A DNA stretch of 64,000 nt from Saccharolobus solfataricus P2 (GTDB lineage: Archaea; Thermoproteota; Thermoprotei_A; Sulfolobales; Sulfolobaceae), in the NCBI RefSeq assembly GCF_000007005.1, contig NC_002754.1. One strand, given 5' to 3'. How positions within the stretch are numbered: position 1 is the stretch's first letter; each line of letters begins with the position of its first letter. The notes beneath the pieces are model-generated. The model saw only the letters and a list, made by a program, of their open reading frames with translations. It was not told the DNA's origin and searched no databases. Made by a program: the position numbers and the translations under genes. Positions 41,920 to 52,309 of this stretch are shown here, one piece after another.

Positions 41920-43324
41920 ACATATAAGGACCTTCTTTTACATAGCCTCTTTTAGCATAGTATTCTCGAGCACCTATTCCAGATAAAACAGAAATTTTCC
42001 GCATATCGAATTCCTCTCTCGCAATCTTTTCAGCTTCGCTTAATAACTTACTTCCATACCCCCTATGTTGGAAACCCAATTCATCCCAGCTTCCTATAGG
42101 TACTTCTATCCCGTATACGTGAAGTTCTCTTACTATGGCCGTCTTTCCATCTATCTCTTTTCTATGAGCCTTATTTGATGTTATTCTTAATCGTAAATAA
42201 CCTATTAAAATCTCTTTTTCATCCTCAAAAGATAGGAAAATTTCAGTACCTTCACTTGCTTCATAAACTTCCTTGTAAAGATGAATTTTAGTATGATCTG
42301 GTAATAATCCCCTATGTTGCCACATCATCCCAACTTCCCTAAATCTAATTTCATTAATCTTAATTCCTTTCTCCAAGACCTTTTTCTCTACCAATTCTCT
42401 TAAGTTTCCCTTTTTGTTACCATCTAAGATTACATTAGCAGGAATATCTCTTTGTATTCTCATCACTCTAACCCATTTAGGAATATATCTATACATTTCA
42501 GATATTAATTCAATTAAAGTCTCCGTACCATAAGGCTTATATAATCCCCTTCTCCATAAATTCGCTAACGGCGCAGTTTCAACTACTAAGGTAGGATATA
42601 TTTTCAACATATCCGGCCTAAAATTAGGATCAGAAAATATTGTCTTAAATGCCTCCAGATCCTTATCAGGATCTGATTTAGGAAGACCAAGCATTACATG
42701 ATAGACCACTTTGAACCCTGAATCCTTCAGTATTCTAGTAGATTCTATGGAATCTTTTACGGTATGACCCCTATTGGTGAACTTTAAAATGTCATCGTAT
42801 ACAGTTTGCACTCCTAATTCAACTTTGGTTGCACCTAATCTTAGCATTTGATCTGCGTGCCACTCCTTAGCCCAATCCGGTTTCGTTTCAATCGTCATTC
42901 CTACACAACGTACTTCTGCCTTTTCGTTTTTCACTTGTGCATCTTCTAAATATACAAAAGAAGGTTTATCATAACTAGGAAATCTATTCATAGCCTCTAA
43001 GGCATAGGTCACAAACCAATCTTGATAATCTATGGGTAATGATAGGAAAGTACCACCCATTATTATTAACTCTACTTTACTTGGAGTATGTCCATTCTCA
43101 ACATATTGTCTTAATCTTGACTGTACTTGATGGAATGGATCATAATCGTTTTCTATTGCCCTCATTAAAGTGGGTTCTCTACCATAGTAGCTTTGGGGGG
43201 TATCCACATCTACTCCTCCGGGACAGAATACACACTTTCCATGCGGACAAGAATGCGGGTGAGTCATTATCGATACTATCGTAACGCCAGAAAGCATTCT
43301 AGTTGGTTTCCTTATTACTTGCAT
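41903..43324 (-). CDS. elp3: tRNA U34 carboxymethyltransferase Elp3
   Basis: [30 protein letters not shown] and QHRGYG motifs (radical SAM + KAT). Confidence 0.96.
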   Translation of the reverse strand: MQVIRKPTRMLSGVTIVSIMTHPHSCPHGKCVFCPGGVDVDTPQSYYGREPTLMRAIENDYDPFHQVQSRLRQYVENGHTPSKVELIIMGGTFLSLPIDYQDWFVTYALEAMNRFPSYDKPSFVYLEDAQVKNEKAEVRCVGMTIETKPDWAKEWHADQMLRLGATKVELGVQTVYDDILKFTNRGHTVKDSIESTRILKDSGFKVVYHVMLGLPKSDPDKDLEAFKTIFSDPNFRPDMLKIYPTLVVETAPLANLWRRGLYKPYGTETLIELISEMYRYIPKWVRVMRIQRDIPANVILDGNKKGNLRELVEKKVLEKGIKINEIRFREVGMMWQHRGLLPDHTKIHLYKEVYEASEGTEIFLSFEDEKEILIGYLRLRITSNKAHRKEIDGKTAIVRELHVYGIEVPIGSWDELGFQHRGYGSKLLSEAEKIAREEFDMRKISVLSGIGAREYYAKRGYVKEGPYMSKQLI

Positions 43325-43400
43325 TAAACTATACTACTCTTTATTCATATTTAGGACTTACTGTGTTAAAACTTTAATATTTCCAGTAAGGTTATAACTT

Positions 43401-44033
43401 ATGAGAAAAGCAGTAATATTTGACCTAGATGGCACTTTAGCGAATACGGATGAAGTTCACAAATTAGCTTGGGAAATTGCTTTACGAAAACTGGGATATG
43501 ACGTTAAAGTGGATATTAGATATTTGCTTGGTAGGAAAACGATAGACATAGCAAAGATTTTGATTGGGGAGAGTCATGCGGAAAAATTGGCTTCTGTAAA
43601 AACCGAAATTTATAACGAATTAGTGAAAACTTTGGCAAAACCTAAACCTTGCGTAATGGAGCTAATAAATCGTTTGAGAGATGTGGAAATACCTATTGCA
43701 GTGGTAACCTCGTCGATGCGTAACTCTGCTGTTCAAGTTTTAAAGGTAATTAATGTAGAACCAGATGTCCTAATTACAGGGGATGATGTTAAACTAGGAA
43801 AGCCTAATCCTATGCCGGTAATAGAGGCAATTAAAAGATTAAATGTAGATCCTAATGAAAGCGTAGGAGTAGGAGATACAATCTATGATGTAATGGCATA
43901 CTATTCAGCTGGAATAAGGGAGATTATAGTGGTAAGGAGTAGTGTTCCTCTAAATGTAGAAGAGGCAAGAAAGTACGATGCAAAGATATTGGATTCATTA
44001 TGTGAAATATCGGATTGGTTTGAATTATTTTAA
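43401..44033 (+). CDS. HAD-family phosphatase
   Basis: FDLDGTL, GKPNP and VGDTIYD motifs. Confidence 0.92.
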   Translation: MRKAVIFDLDGTLANTDEVHKLAWEIALRKLGYDVKVDIRYLLGRKTIDIAKILIGESHAEKLASVKTEIYNELVKTLAKPKPCVMELINRLRDVEIPIAVVTSSMRNSAVQVLKVINVEPDVLITGDDVKLGKPNPMPVIEAIKRLNVDPNESVGVGDTIYDVMAYYSAGIREIIVVRSSVPLNVEEARKYDAKILDSLCEISDWFELF

Positions 44034-44109
44034 TACTATCTAACCTCCCACTCGAATGAAAACAAAGTTTTTAATCTCACAATACGACTTTTCTTATAAG
44101 GATGGGAAA

Positions 44110-44394
44110 ATGTTAACAAACCCTTACGATTGGATCATAATACTAGTAGTAATTGCTGTACTATTCTTTGGAGCATCCAAAATACCAGAACTATTTAGAT
44201 CGATGGGGAGAGCTGTTGGAGAGTTCAAGAAGGGTAGAGTAGAGGCCGAAATGGAGTTGCAGCAAATGCAAGCACAAAACCTTCAACAACCGTTAGTTCA
44301 ACAACAGCAACCTAATGTTCAAGACCTAGAGAAACAAATAGCCGAATTACAGAAACAGTTAGAGGAGTTAAAGAAATCTAAGCAGAATCAATAA
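44110..44394 (+). CDS. tatA: Twin-arginine translocase subunit TatA
   Basis: LFFGASKIPELFRSMGRAVGEFKKG followed by a Gln-rich tail. Confidence 0.93.
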   Translation: MLTNPYDWIIILVVIAVLFFGASKIPELFRSMGRAVGEFKKGRVEAEMELQQMQAQNLQQPLVQQQQPNVQDLEKQIAELQKQLEELKKSKQNQ

Positions 44395-44430
44395 AATAAT
44401 AAATACTTTTTTTACTTAGGTGAGATAGGA

Positions 44431-44748
44431 ATGATTAGCAACTTAAGTGACTTTTTAGTAGTGGTAGTTGTGTTTATACTGTTGATGGCCGGAGATAAAA
44501 ATGCTGGAAATACCACTAAGTCAATAGGGAGGTTTTTAGGTGAAATAAGGAAAAGACAAAACGAATTCAAGAACGAGTTAATGAGGGAATTGAATAGTGT
44601 AGAGGCTACTAATAACACTCCTTTTACTGGGTCTAATTTCAAATACGTAAAGGTTACAAATCAAGAAAGAGTTAAAGAATTAGAGGCTCAAATAAAACGA
44701 TTACAAGAGGAATTGGAGAGGCTGAAAGCTAGTGACGGAAAGAACTAG
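44431..44748 (+). CDS. Divergent TatA/TatB-like protein
   Basis: N-terminal TM, amphipathic KSIGRFLGEIRK helix; lies between tatA and tatC. Confidence 0.65.
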   Translation: MISNLSDFLVVVVVFILLMAGDKNAGNTTKSIGRFLGEIRKRQNEFKNELMRELNSVEATNNTPFTGSNFKYVKVTNQERVKELEAQIKRLQEELERLKASDGKN

Positions 44749-45616
44749 AGAGGTTGAAAAGCTTGAAGAAAGACCTTTAATAGAACATTTGAGAGAATTG
44801 GCGTACAGATTAAGGAGAATTTTAATTGCTCTCGCAATAACTTTTATGATATATTTCATGCTGGGTTTAGAATTAGTTAGAGTATATTTACCTTATCCAT
44901 TCTTTGGTCTTAAATACGTTTTAGCGGAAGTTCCCGTTTTATACCCATCTCTATTTGATAGTATATCTGTACAACTGACACAGCTTTTCATATATAATGA
45001 GCTACCTAAAGGCGTGAAATTGATAATCATAAATTTGTTCGATCCACTTTTCGCATCCTTTTATATTTCCCTGTATCTGGCAATATTTACTACAATCCCT
45101 ATCATTGTAAGGGAAATTTGGGCATTTGTAGCTCCAGGATTATATGAACATGAGAAGAAACTTTTCAAGAGTATAATATTTCCTGCCTTTTTATTGTTTG
45201 CCTTAGGTTCTGCCTTTGCTTACTTTCTTCTTATTCCCTTAATGTTAAGAATAATACTCTTATATGCTACTGCTTTAGGTTCTGCAGTGGAGCCAACTTT
45301 AGGCCTAAGGTCCTTTGTAAGTACAGTAATGACATTGCTAATTGCTACTGGATTGTCTTTTGAACTACCCTTAATAATGGGCGGCTTAACGGGCGTTGGA
45401 GTTGTAAAGTCAATTACGTGGCTTAAAAATTGGAGATGGGGAGTTCTAGTATCCTTTATTATCGCATGGATAATTTCACCAGGTACAACTGGAGGTATAA
45501 TAGAAACAGTAATAGGAATAACCTTATCTACCCTATATTTTATTGGTGCATTAATAAGTAAGTTTATGGAAAAGGGTAGGAAGAAAGAATCCCAGAAAAC
45601 TTTGGAAAGAATTTAG
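44732..45616 (+). CDS. tatC: Twin-arginine translocase subunit TatC
   Basis: PLIEHLRELAYRL, FVAPGLYEHEK and FELP motifs. Confidence 0.95.
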   Translation: MTERTREVEKLEERPLIEHLRELAYRLRRILIALAITFMIYFMLGLELVRVYLPYPFFGLKYVLAEVPVLYPSLFDSISVQLTQLFIYNELPKGVKLIIINLFDPLFASFYISLYLAIFTTIPIIVREIWAFVAPGLYEHEKKLFKSIIFPAFLLFALGSAFAYFLLIPLMLRIILLYATALGSAVEPTLGLRSFVSTVMTLLIATGLSFELPLIMGGLTGVGVVKSITWLKNWRWGVLVSFIIAWIISPGTTGGIIETVIGITLSTLYFIGALISKFMEKGRKKESQKTLERI

Positions 45617-45728
45617 AAAAATTACGTGATTCGGTTTATGAAGTTTTAACCATACGACTAAGGCAGCCGATAGAATAAACTTCAATTTAATATTTTCTTA
45701 TTCTAACTGAGCCAAAAAATTTATAGTT

Positions 45729-45743
45729 TGGATAGTCTATCCA
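45729..45743. promoter_or_regulatory. Perfect palindrome TGGATAG-T-CTATCCA between TATA and ABC operon start (candidate operator)
   Basis: TTTATA at 45720-45725, ATG at 45750. Confidence 0.6.
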
Positions 45744-45749
45744 GACATT

Positions 45750-46706
45750 ATGCCAAGCGTAAAAGCGATTGGTACGATAGTAGCTATAATTATAGTAGTG
45801 AGTGTAATTTCCGTCTACTATTATTACAAGAGTTCTTCTACATTACAACCGGCTACTGTTAACAATAATCTTAGAATTGTATCATTAGCACCTAGTGATA
45901 CACAAATTCTAATAAGTTTAGGCTTAGGTAAATATATAGTGGGAACTGATTACTATTCATACCAGTTATTGCAATCTCTTAACCTCACAAAGGATATACC
46001 ATCTAATATTACAGTGTTTTCTCAAATATCTCCTCCAAATATTTCTGGCCTGCTACTATTACATCCAACGGTTATTGTAGTTGAAAAAGGGCTTATAGGA
46101 AGTTACATAGAGCAAATGAAAGAAGCTGGACTTAACGTCTTAATTACGAATAATGATTTTGCAAGTACCTATTCCCAGATAGAAAATTGTATATTAAAAG
46201 TAGGAGAGTATTTTAATGTAACTAGTAAAGCTCAACAGTTAATAGATTGGATGAATCAGAAAATAAGCGATTTCTCTACTGCAGGAAATGTAAGCGTAGC
46301 TTATTTATTATGGATATGCCCAGATTTAAGTTTCTACACCGCTGGCGGGAACGTTTTTATAAATAGCATAATTGTTCAAGCGGGCGGTATTAACGTTTTT
46401 GCGAACTACTCTGGCTATCCATTATTAACCCCGTCACCACTATTGATAATAAAACCCTCTGTCGTAATTGCGCAGGAAGTATATAATTTAACTTACACCA
46501 ACTACTTAATTTCCCAATATAAGGGAATAAATAGTAGTAATCTCTATATAATAGGAAATCTAGCAACTAACCTATTAAATGAACCAGGACCACTTTCGGT
46601 GTATTCCATACAAGTTATTAAACTCATAATTGAGGGAAAGGCGCCACATTTCATTTCAGACAATTGGGTGATAAACAATCTTAATGTAACTCTGCCGGTG
46701 TTTTAG
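45750..46706 (+). CDS. ABC substrate-binding protein, iron-siderophore/cobalamin (BtuF-like)
   Basis: RIVSLAPSDTQIL, YTAGGNVFINSII..AGG and EPGP motifs. Confidence 0.88.
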   Translation: MPSVKAIGTIVAIIIVVSVISVYYYYKSSSTLQPATVNNNLRIVSLAPSDTQILISLGLGKYIVGTDYYSYQLLQSLNLTKDIPSNITVFSQISPPNISGLLLLHPTVIVVEKGLIGSYIEQMKEAGLNVLITNNDFASTYSQIENCILKVGEYFNVTSKAQQLIDWMNQKISDFSTAGNVSVAYLLWICPDLSFYTAGGNVFINSIIVQAGGINVFANYSGYPLLTPSPLLIIKPSVVIAQEVYNLTYTNYLISQYKGINSSNLYIIGNLATNLLNEPGPLSVYSIQVIKLIIEGKAPHFISDNWVINNLNVTLPVF

Positions 46707-47693
46707 ATGGTTCGTTTAAGTGGTATTTTTTTAATTATAGGATTTATTATTTCGTTTTTGCTTGGGTTACTCTACGGTGATGTTACTATACCGATTAGCG
46801 AGATTTTCCATCCTAGCGGAGTTTACGCTTATATATTGCTTAACATAAGATTACCTACCTTAACTGTGGCAATTCTCATAGGTGCAATCTTATCCACATC
46901 TGGGGCAGTTCTTCAGATGTTATTGAGAAATCCACTCGTAGATCCCTATATAAGTGGGACAGCATCTGGTGGGGCTTTTGGGGCAGTTCTTACGTATTTA
47001 CTGCTGATGCTTAATTTGCCCTTTTCATGGATAATATACTTCCAACCTTTGGTAGCATTCTTCACTGCAACGCTAGCAACCTTGATAACCATAATGATTG
47101 GAAAGAAATCAGGATATCTTGGTCTTGTGATTGGTGGTGTTTTAGTCTCGTTCATTTTCTCATCTCTGGTAACGGTCATATTATCAGTAATGAGCGCTAA
47201 ATATCCTCAAATACCCCCACTTACCTTTTGGCTCTTGGGAGATATTAGCGTAGTTGGCTGGTTTAATGCCATAATATTATCATTATTTGCCATTCTCTTA
47301 CTTTACTTTAGCCTATCAAATTCTAGATTGATAGACTTACTATCAATAAGTGATGAGATTAGTTATTCTCAAGGGGTAAATCCTAATAAGCAGAGAGTCT
47401 TCTGGCTATTATTCATAAGTCTTGTAGTAGCTTACTGTGTTTCAATAGCCGGTATTATAGGATTTTTAGGCATAATAGTTCCACATATTATTAGGAGATT
47501 AATTGGAGGAAACACAAGCCAGCTAGTGATGTATTCCTCACTATTAGGTTCAACAATCTTAATTCTAAGTAACATTTTATCTCATGGTATATTTGGTTAT
47601 TTTATTCCTCTAACTGCGCTTCTTTCAATCATGGGAGCTCCAATAATGATATTCGCGTTGGTGAGAAAAGATGTTAACGTTGAGGAATATTAG
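46707..47693 (+). CDS. FecCD/BtuC permease
   Basis: IRLP, RNPLVDPYISG and GFLGIIVPH motifs. Confidence 0.92.
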   Translation: MVRLSGIFLIIGFIISFLLGLLYGDVTIPISEIFHPSGVYAYILLNIRLPTLTVAILIGAILSTSGAVLQMLLRNPLVDPYISGTASGGAFGAVLTYLLLMLNLPFSWIIYFQPLVAFFTATLATLITIMIGKKSGYLGLVIGGVLVSFIFSSLVTVILSVMSAKYPQIPPLTFWLLGDISVVGWFNAIILSLFAILLLYFSLSNSRLIDLLSISDEISYSQGVNPNKQRVFWLLFISLVVAYCVSIAGIIGFLGIIVPHIIRRLIGGNTSQLVMYSSLLGSTILILSNILSHGIFGYFIPLTALLSIMGAPIMIFALVRKDVNVEEY

Positions 47694-48330
47694 TGTAAGA
47701 TTAGGAGGCAAATTAATTTTGTCAAGCATTTCTTTTAGTGCAGTAAAAGGTATTAATGTGATTTTAGGACCAAATGGAAGTGGTAAGACTACGCTACTAA
47801 GAGCGATAATTGGGATGATAAAGTATGATGGTGAAATAAGAGTCGATGGTGAAATATCATACGTTCCAGCTGAGTTTTTCTCTCCTAGTATGAAAGTTCT
47901 AGATGTATTAAAAGCAGGTAGAAAAAGGGCTAATTATGAATCATATATAAAGGAGTTAAATGTGGAGAAGTTTCTTGAGAGAGATTTCTCCACCTTAAGC
48001 TCTGGTGAAAGAAAACTAATCTTAGTAACAAAGGCTCTAGCTGAGGGAGACAATGTAATAATGGATGAACCTCTTTCAAATCTTGACGTTAAAAATAAAT
48101 TCTTTGTGATGAATATTTTAAAGAAGTTTAACCATAAGACCTTTCTGATTACTTCTCATGAGCTAGAAACTTTAAGGTATGCTGATAAAGCTATCGTGAT
48201 CAATAAAGGAAAATTGGAATATGATGGAGGAGTTAGCGATCTTTCTGACGATCTACTTTCCAACGTATATGGTATAAAGTTCAAAAAAATACAAGTTGAC
48301 GGTAAAACATTCTTTAATGTTACGGGATAA
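47671..48330 (+). CDS. ABC ATPase (FecE/BtuD-like)
   Basis: GPNGSGKT, LSSGE, MDEP and SH motifs. Confidence 0.92.
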   Translation: MLTLRNISVRLGGKLILSSISFSAVKGINVILGPNGSGKTTLLRAIIGMIKYDGEIRVDGEISYVPAEFFSPSMKVLDVLKAGRKRANYESYIKELNVEKFLERDFSTLSSGERKLILVTKALAEGDNVIMDEPLSNLDVKNKFFVMNILKKFNHKTFLITSHELETLRYADKAIVINKGKLEYDGGVSDLSDDLLSNVYGIKFKKIQVDGKTFFNVTG

Positions 48331-48400
48331 TAAGCGTTTAAAGGGAGGCAGAGTAATTTGTATTTGTAGTTAAAGCTTATGTTTCGATTAGATCACGATG

Positions 48401-48443
48401 TAGTTAAGTTTTCATTAGGTTGCAAATTTTTATAACTTAACTA
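48401..48443. repeat. 10-bp inverted repeat TAGTTAAGTT...AACTTAACTA between convergent operons
   Basis: Arms at 48401-48410 and 48434-48443. Confidence 0.5.
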
Positions 48444-48470
48444 TGTTTTCATCAAAGAAATTAATTAAAT

Positions 48471-49244
48471 CTAACTTATCCTACCTATAACGTATTTTTC
48501 AGTTAACTCGTTTTTTGGCGAGGTAAATATTTCATTAGAAGATCCCCATTCTACTAATTCTCCATTGTATAAGAAGGCTACATAATCAGCAACTCTTGCG
48601 ACTTGCTGAGGATTATGTGACACAATAACTATAGCTATTTCATTTTTTAGCTCCGTTATTAATTTCTCGATAGCTTGAGAATTAACTATATCAATCATAG
48701 ATGTAGGCTCGTCCATTAAAAGTACTTTTGGCTTAAGCGCAAGTGCTCTGGCTATTGTTAATCTTTGTTGTTGTCCACCTGAGAGTTGAGAAGCTGGACT
48801 ATTTAGCCTATCATATACTTCTTTCCATAGCCCTACCTTTCTTAAGCACTCCTCCACTATTTTCTTTATTTCCCTTTTCTCTTTGATCCCGTGTGACTTT
48901 AGCGGATATGCTATGTTATCATAAATGCTAAGATGTGGAAATGGATTAGGCTGTTGAAATACCATTCCTACTTCTTTTCTAAGTTTTATAGCATCTATTT
49001 GAAAGATATCTTTGCCAAAATATAGAACCTTTCCATCAACCTTTATTTTACTATCATAGATCTCTATTAATCTATTCAAAACTTTTAATAATGTTGACTT
49101 TCCAGAACCTGAAGGCCCCATTATACCAAATATTGAATTATTAGGTATTTTAATAGTGATATCTTTCAGTATAGCTTTATCGTTTATATATAAATATAGT
49201 CTAGATATGTTAAATACGTCCTCTGCGCTTTTTCCAGCTTCCAT
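48471..49244 (-). CDS. pstB: Phosphate ABC ATPase
   Basis: GPSGSGKS, VFQQPNPFP, LSGGQQQRL and DEPTS motifs. Confidence 0.95.
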   Translation of the reverse strand: MEAGKSAEDVFNISRLYLYINDKAILKDITIKIPNNSIFGIMGPSGSGKSTLLKVLNRLIEIYDSKIKVDGKVLYFGKDIFQIDAIKLRKEVGMVFQQPNPFPHLSIYDNIAYPLKSHGIKEKREIKKIVEECLRKVGLWKEVYDRLNSPASQLSGGQQQRLTIARALALKPKVLLMDEPTSMIDIVNSQAIEKLITELKNEIAIVIVSHNPQQVARVADYVAFLYNGELVEWGSSNEIFTSPKNELTEKYVIGRIS

Positions 49245-49284
49245 TACGTTCTACTCATACTTCTATTTTTAATATATAAAAAGA

Positions 49285-49334
49285 TAATCTATATAATCTA
49301 TATATTCTACTATATCTTATTGAGAATACTATAT
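49285..49334. promoter_or_regulatory. Repeated CTATAT motifs in the pstB/pstS divergent promoter
   Basis: TAATCTATA x2 in tandem (49285-49302); CTATAT at 49289, 49298, 49310 and 49329. Confidence 0.45.
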
Positions 49335-49389
49335 ATTATATACAATATGTTTATAATCCTACTTCTAGTAGTTAATCTCAAGATAGGTC

Positions 49390-50607
49390 ATGAAAGGGTT
49401 TTCAACTTTGGCAGTTGTGATAATATTAATAATAGTTGTTATTGCAGTGGCAGGGATTTTTTTCGTGATAAATTCCCAAGGTGGTCATAACACTACAACT
49501 ACTTCAACAAGTTCATCTTTTTCTACTTCGTCACAAGCTTCATCATCTCAAACTACAGCCTCATCACAAATTTCGGCAAGTATTATAGCTGGTGGTTCTA
49601 CTTTTGTTAATCCATTAATGCAAGTGTGGATTAAAGATTTCCAGTCAAATTATAATGGAATTCAAGTAACTTATAGTGCAGTGGGTAGTGGAGCAGGAGT
49701 GAATAATTTCTTACAAGGTGCCTATGACATAGGAGCTACAGATGTTCCTCCGCCCAGTAATTTGTATCAGCAATTAACTCAAAAATATGGTGAAGTTCTC
49801 ACAATCCCTGATGTTGTAGGTGCAGTGGATATAATATACAATATTCCAAGCTTTTCTGGTACCTTGAACTTAACAGCTGATGTTTTAGCAAAGATATACT
49901 TAGGGCAAATTCAATATTGGGATGATCCAGCAATAAAAGCATTAAATCCCCACTTTAATTTCACTCATCAAAAAATAATAGCAGTTCATAGAAGTGATGG
50001 AAGCGGCACTACCTTTATCTTTACATATTGGCTTTACACCTCATCTCAATCTTGGAGGAGTTCAAATGTTAGTTATGGTTATACCGTTAACTGGCCGGTA
50101 GATAAACTTGGAAACGGATTAGGAGGTAAGGGAAGTGATGGAGTTACAGCATATGTTTCTCAAAATCCTTATTCAATAGGCTATGTTGAGGCACAGTACG
50201 CAATAGCGAAGAATTTAACTCCAGCGGCCGTATTAAATCCATCCACAGGCGATTATGTTTTACCAACTCAAGCTTCAATTGAGACCGCAATTCAAAACGC
50301 TAATTTATCTTCGCTTCCTTCTTCATTGACAAGAGATTTGTCTCAATATCTTTCAGTCTTCTTAAACGTTAAAGCACACAACGCTTATCCTATAGTGACG
50401 TTTTCATGGCTAGTTATTAAGGTAAATTATACCGATAAGTCTAAGGCAGAAGCGATTTACTTATTTTTGAAGTATATTGCAACTACTGGACAGACTGAAT
50501 TACCATCGGGGTATATTGAATTACCATCAAATATTCAACAATTAATTCTACAAAATCTTAAGCTAATATCATATAATAATACGTCTGTTTATACCTTGGT
50601 GAGCTAA
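49390..50607 (+). CDS. pstS: Phosphate-binding protein PstS
   Basis: GSGAG, RSDGSGTT and IGYVE motifs; N-terminal TM plus Ser/Thr linker. Confidence 0.95.
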   Translation: MKGFSTLAVVIILIIVVIAVAGIFFVINSQGGHNTTTTSTSSSFSTSSQASSSQTTASSQISASIIAGGSTFVNPLMQVWIKDFQSNYNGIQVTYSAVGSGAGVNNFLQGAYDIGATDVPPPSNLYQQLTQKYGEVLTIPDVVGAVDIIYNIPSFSGTLNLTADVLAKIYLGQIQYWDDPAIKALNPHFNFTHQKIIAVHRSDGSGTTFIFTYWLYTSSQSWRSSNVSYGYTVNWPVDKLGNGLGGKGSDGVTAYVSQNPYSIGYVEAQYAIAKNLTPAAVLNPSTGDYVLPTQASIETAIQNANLSSLPSSLTRDLSQYLSVFLNVKAHNAYPIVTFSWLVIKVNYTDKSKAEAIYLFLKYIATTGQTELPSGYIELPSNIQQLILQNLKLISYNNTSVYTLVS

Positions 50608-50609
50608 AA

Positions 50610-51494
50610 ATGATAACAATTAAAAGAAAAAGAGAAAAATTTTTTTATTTTCTACTTATACCTTCATCTGTAGTAGTCTTTACTTTTATATTGATACTGA
50701 GTGTATTAGTGTATAATTCTATTCCTATTTTAGAGAAAGTTGGTCTTTCGATTTATACTAAAAATATATGGAATCCTATTTACGATCAGTATGGTGGTTT
50801 AGCAGCGATTTACGGTACGATAGTAACAAGTGTGTTAAGCGTAATGATATCTATCCCATTTGCTACTGCTTTTTCCATTTTTGTTAATGACATTTCTCCA
50901 AAAAAAGTTAAAAGTTTTCTAGTTAACCTGTCAGATCTTCTGGCGGCTTTTCCTACAGTGCTATATGGATTCTGGGGTCTTCTATCACTTGGCCCATTTT
51001 TATCTCGCACATTATTTACGTTTCTAAGCTCTCACGTTGGGCTTCACCAAACTACTAATGGACCTAGTATATTACTGGCCTCAATAATATTGGCAATTAT
51101 GATAACACCTTTTGCATCTTCTCTCATAAGGGAAGTTTACTTTCAAGTTCCTAGGTCCTTTGAGGAAGCTGTGTATTCTCTAGGGTTAGGTAAGTGGGAG
51201 TTAATTACGCTGAAGCTTTCCTACATTAAAAAGGCTTTCTTGGGCGCATATGCATTAGCATTTGGAAGAGCAGTTGGAGAAACTGTGGCAGTAAGCCTTA
51301 CAATAGGCAATGTATTAAACATTTCACCGAACCTATTTGAACCGGGTTATACGATATCATCTTTAATTATTAGTCAGTTTGGAACTGCGTATGGAATCCA
51401 GTATAATGCAATGTTTGCACTTGCGTTATTTCTTGTTGTAATAGGATTCATATTTGTAATAATCTCTAAATTAATCGTGAGGATGAGATCTTGA
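50610..51494 (+). CDS. pstC: Phosphate ABC permease PstC
   Basis: AAFPTVLYG and GRAVGETVAV motifs. Confidence 0.93.
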   Translation: MITIKRKREKFFYFLLIPSSVVVFTFILILSVLVYNSIPILEKVGLSIYTKNIWNPIYDQYGGLAAIYGTIVTSVLSVMISIPFATAFSIFVNDISPKKVKSFLVNLSDLLAAFPTVLYGFWGLLSLGPFLSRTLFTFLSSHVGLHQTTNGPSILLASIILAIMITPFASSLIREVYFQVPRSFEEAVYSLGLGKWELITLKLSYIKKAFLGAYALAFGRAVGETVAVSLTIGNVLNISPNLFEPGYTISSLIISQFGTAYGIQYNAMFALALFLVVIGFIFVIISKLIVRMRS

Positions 51495-52309
51495 GAAGAA
51501 AAGATACTGTAATTGTCTCCCTTATAACATTATTAGTTATATTATTTTTACTTCCTATAACATTTCTTTTATACACTGTAGTTGTAAATGGATCAAAGGT
51601 TATAATTAGTTATGGACCTAGATTTTTTATAGATTTGCCTCCAAATCCCGGCGAGGGATTAGGCGGTATAGGTCCAGCTCTAGAAGGCTCTTTATACATG
51701 GTCTCATTAGCAGTGCTAATCTCAGCTCCTATCTCCATATTTACTGGAGTTTTTTTATCGTTCTTCGAAAGGTCAAAAATAGCTAGTTTAATTAGAGCAA
51801 GTTTAGAGCTAATGGTGGAATTCCCAACTATTGTCATAGGTATAGTCATATTCACAATTCTAGTTGTAGAAATTGGTTTAGGATTAAATGGGATTACGGC
51901 CGCTATGGCATTAGCAATTGTCATGTTGCCCTATTCAACTATACAAATTAGCGAAGCCCTAAGAATCCCAAAGAAGCTTTACGAAGAGGTCGCCTACTCC
52001 CTCGGTTTAACCACCTGGCAAGTAATAAAATTAGTCATGTATATAGGAAGAAGAGGAATAATAAATGGTCTATTAATAGGCTTCGCAAAAATAATAGGCG
52101 AGACTGCTCCCATAATTTTCCTCACTTCTTCCACTGCTAACCTTTATATAAAGACTTTTAATACAGCTGTTACTGGAATTCCAGTAATGATATATAATTA
52201 TGCGTTTAGCGGCTACTCAAACTTAAACGAAGTAGCTTGGGGAGCATCTTTTGTATTAATAATTCTTGTTACAATAATATTTGTCGTAGTTAGAAAAATG
52301 GCAAAATAA
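51491..52309 (+). CDS. pstA: Phosphate ABC permease PstA
   Basis: PPNPGEGLGGIGPA, FPTIVIG and GETAP motifs. Confidence 0.93.
   Translation: MRRKDTVIVSLITLLVILFLLPITFLLYTVVVNGSKVIISYGPRFFIDLPPNPGEGLGGIGPALEGSLYMVSLAVLISAPISIFTGVFLSFFERSKIASLIRASLELMVEFPTIVIGIVIFTILVVEIGLGLNGITAAMALAIVMLPYSTIQISEALRIPKKLYEEVAYSLGLTTWQVIKLVMYIGRRGIINGLLIGFAKIIGETAPIIFLTSSTANLYIKTFNTAVTGIPVMIYNYAFSGYSNLNEVAWGASFVLIILVTIIFVVVRKMAK

Noticed and set aside
45631-45670. GC-richer hairpin after tatC as an H/ACA or other ncRNA
   Set aside because: Weak stem, no clear K-turn or ACA box, no target found.
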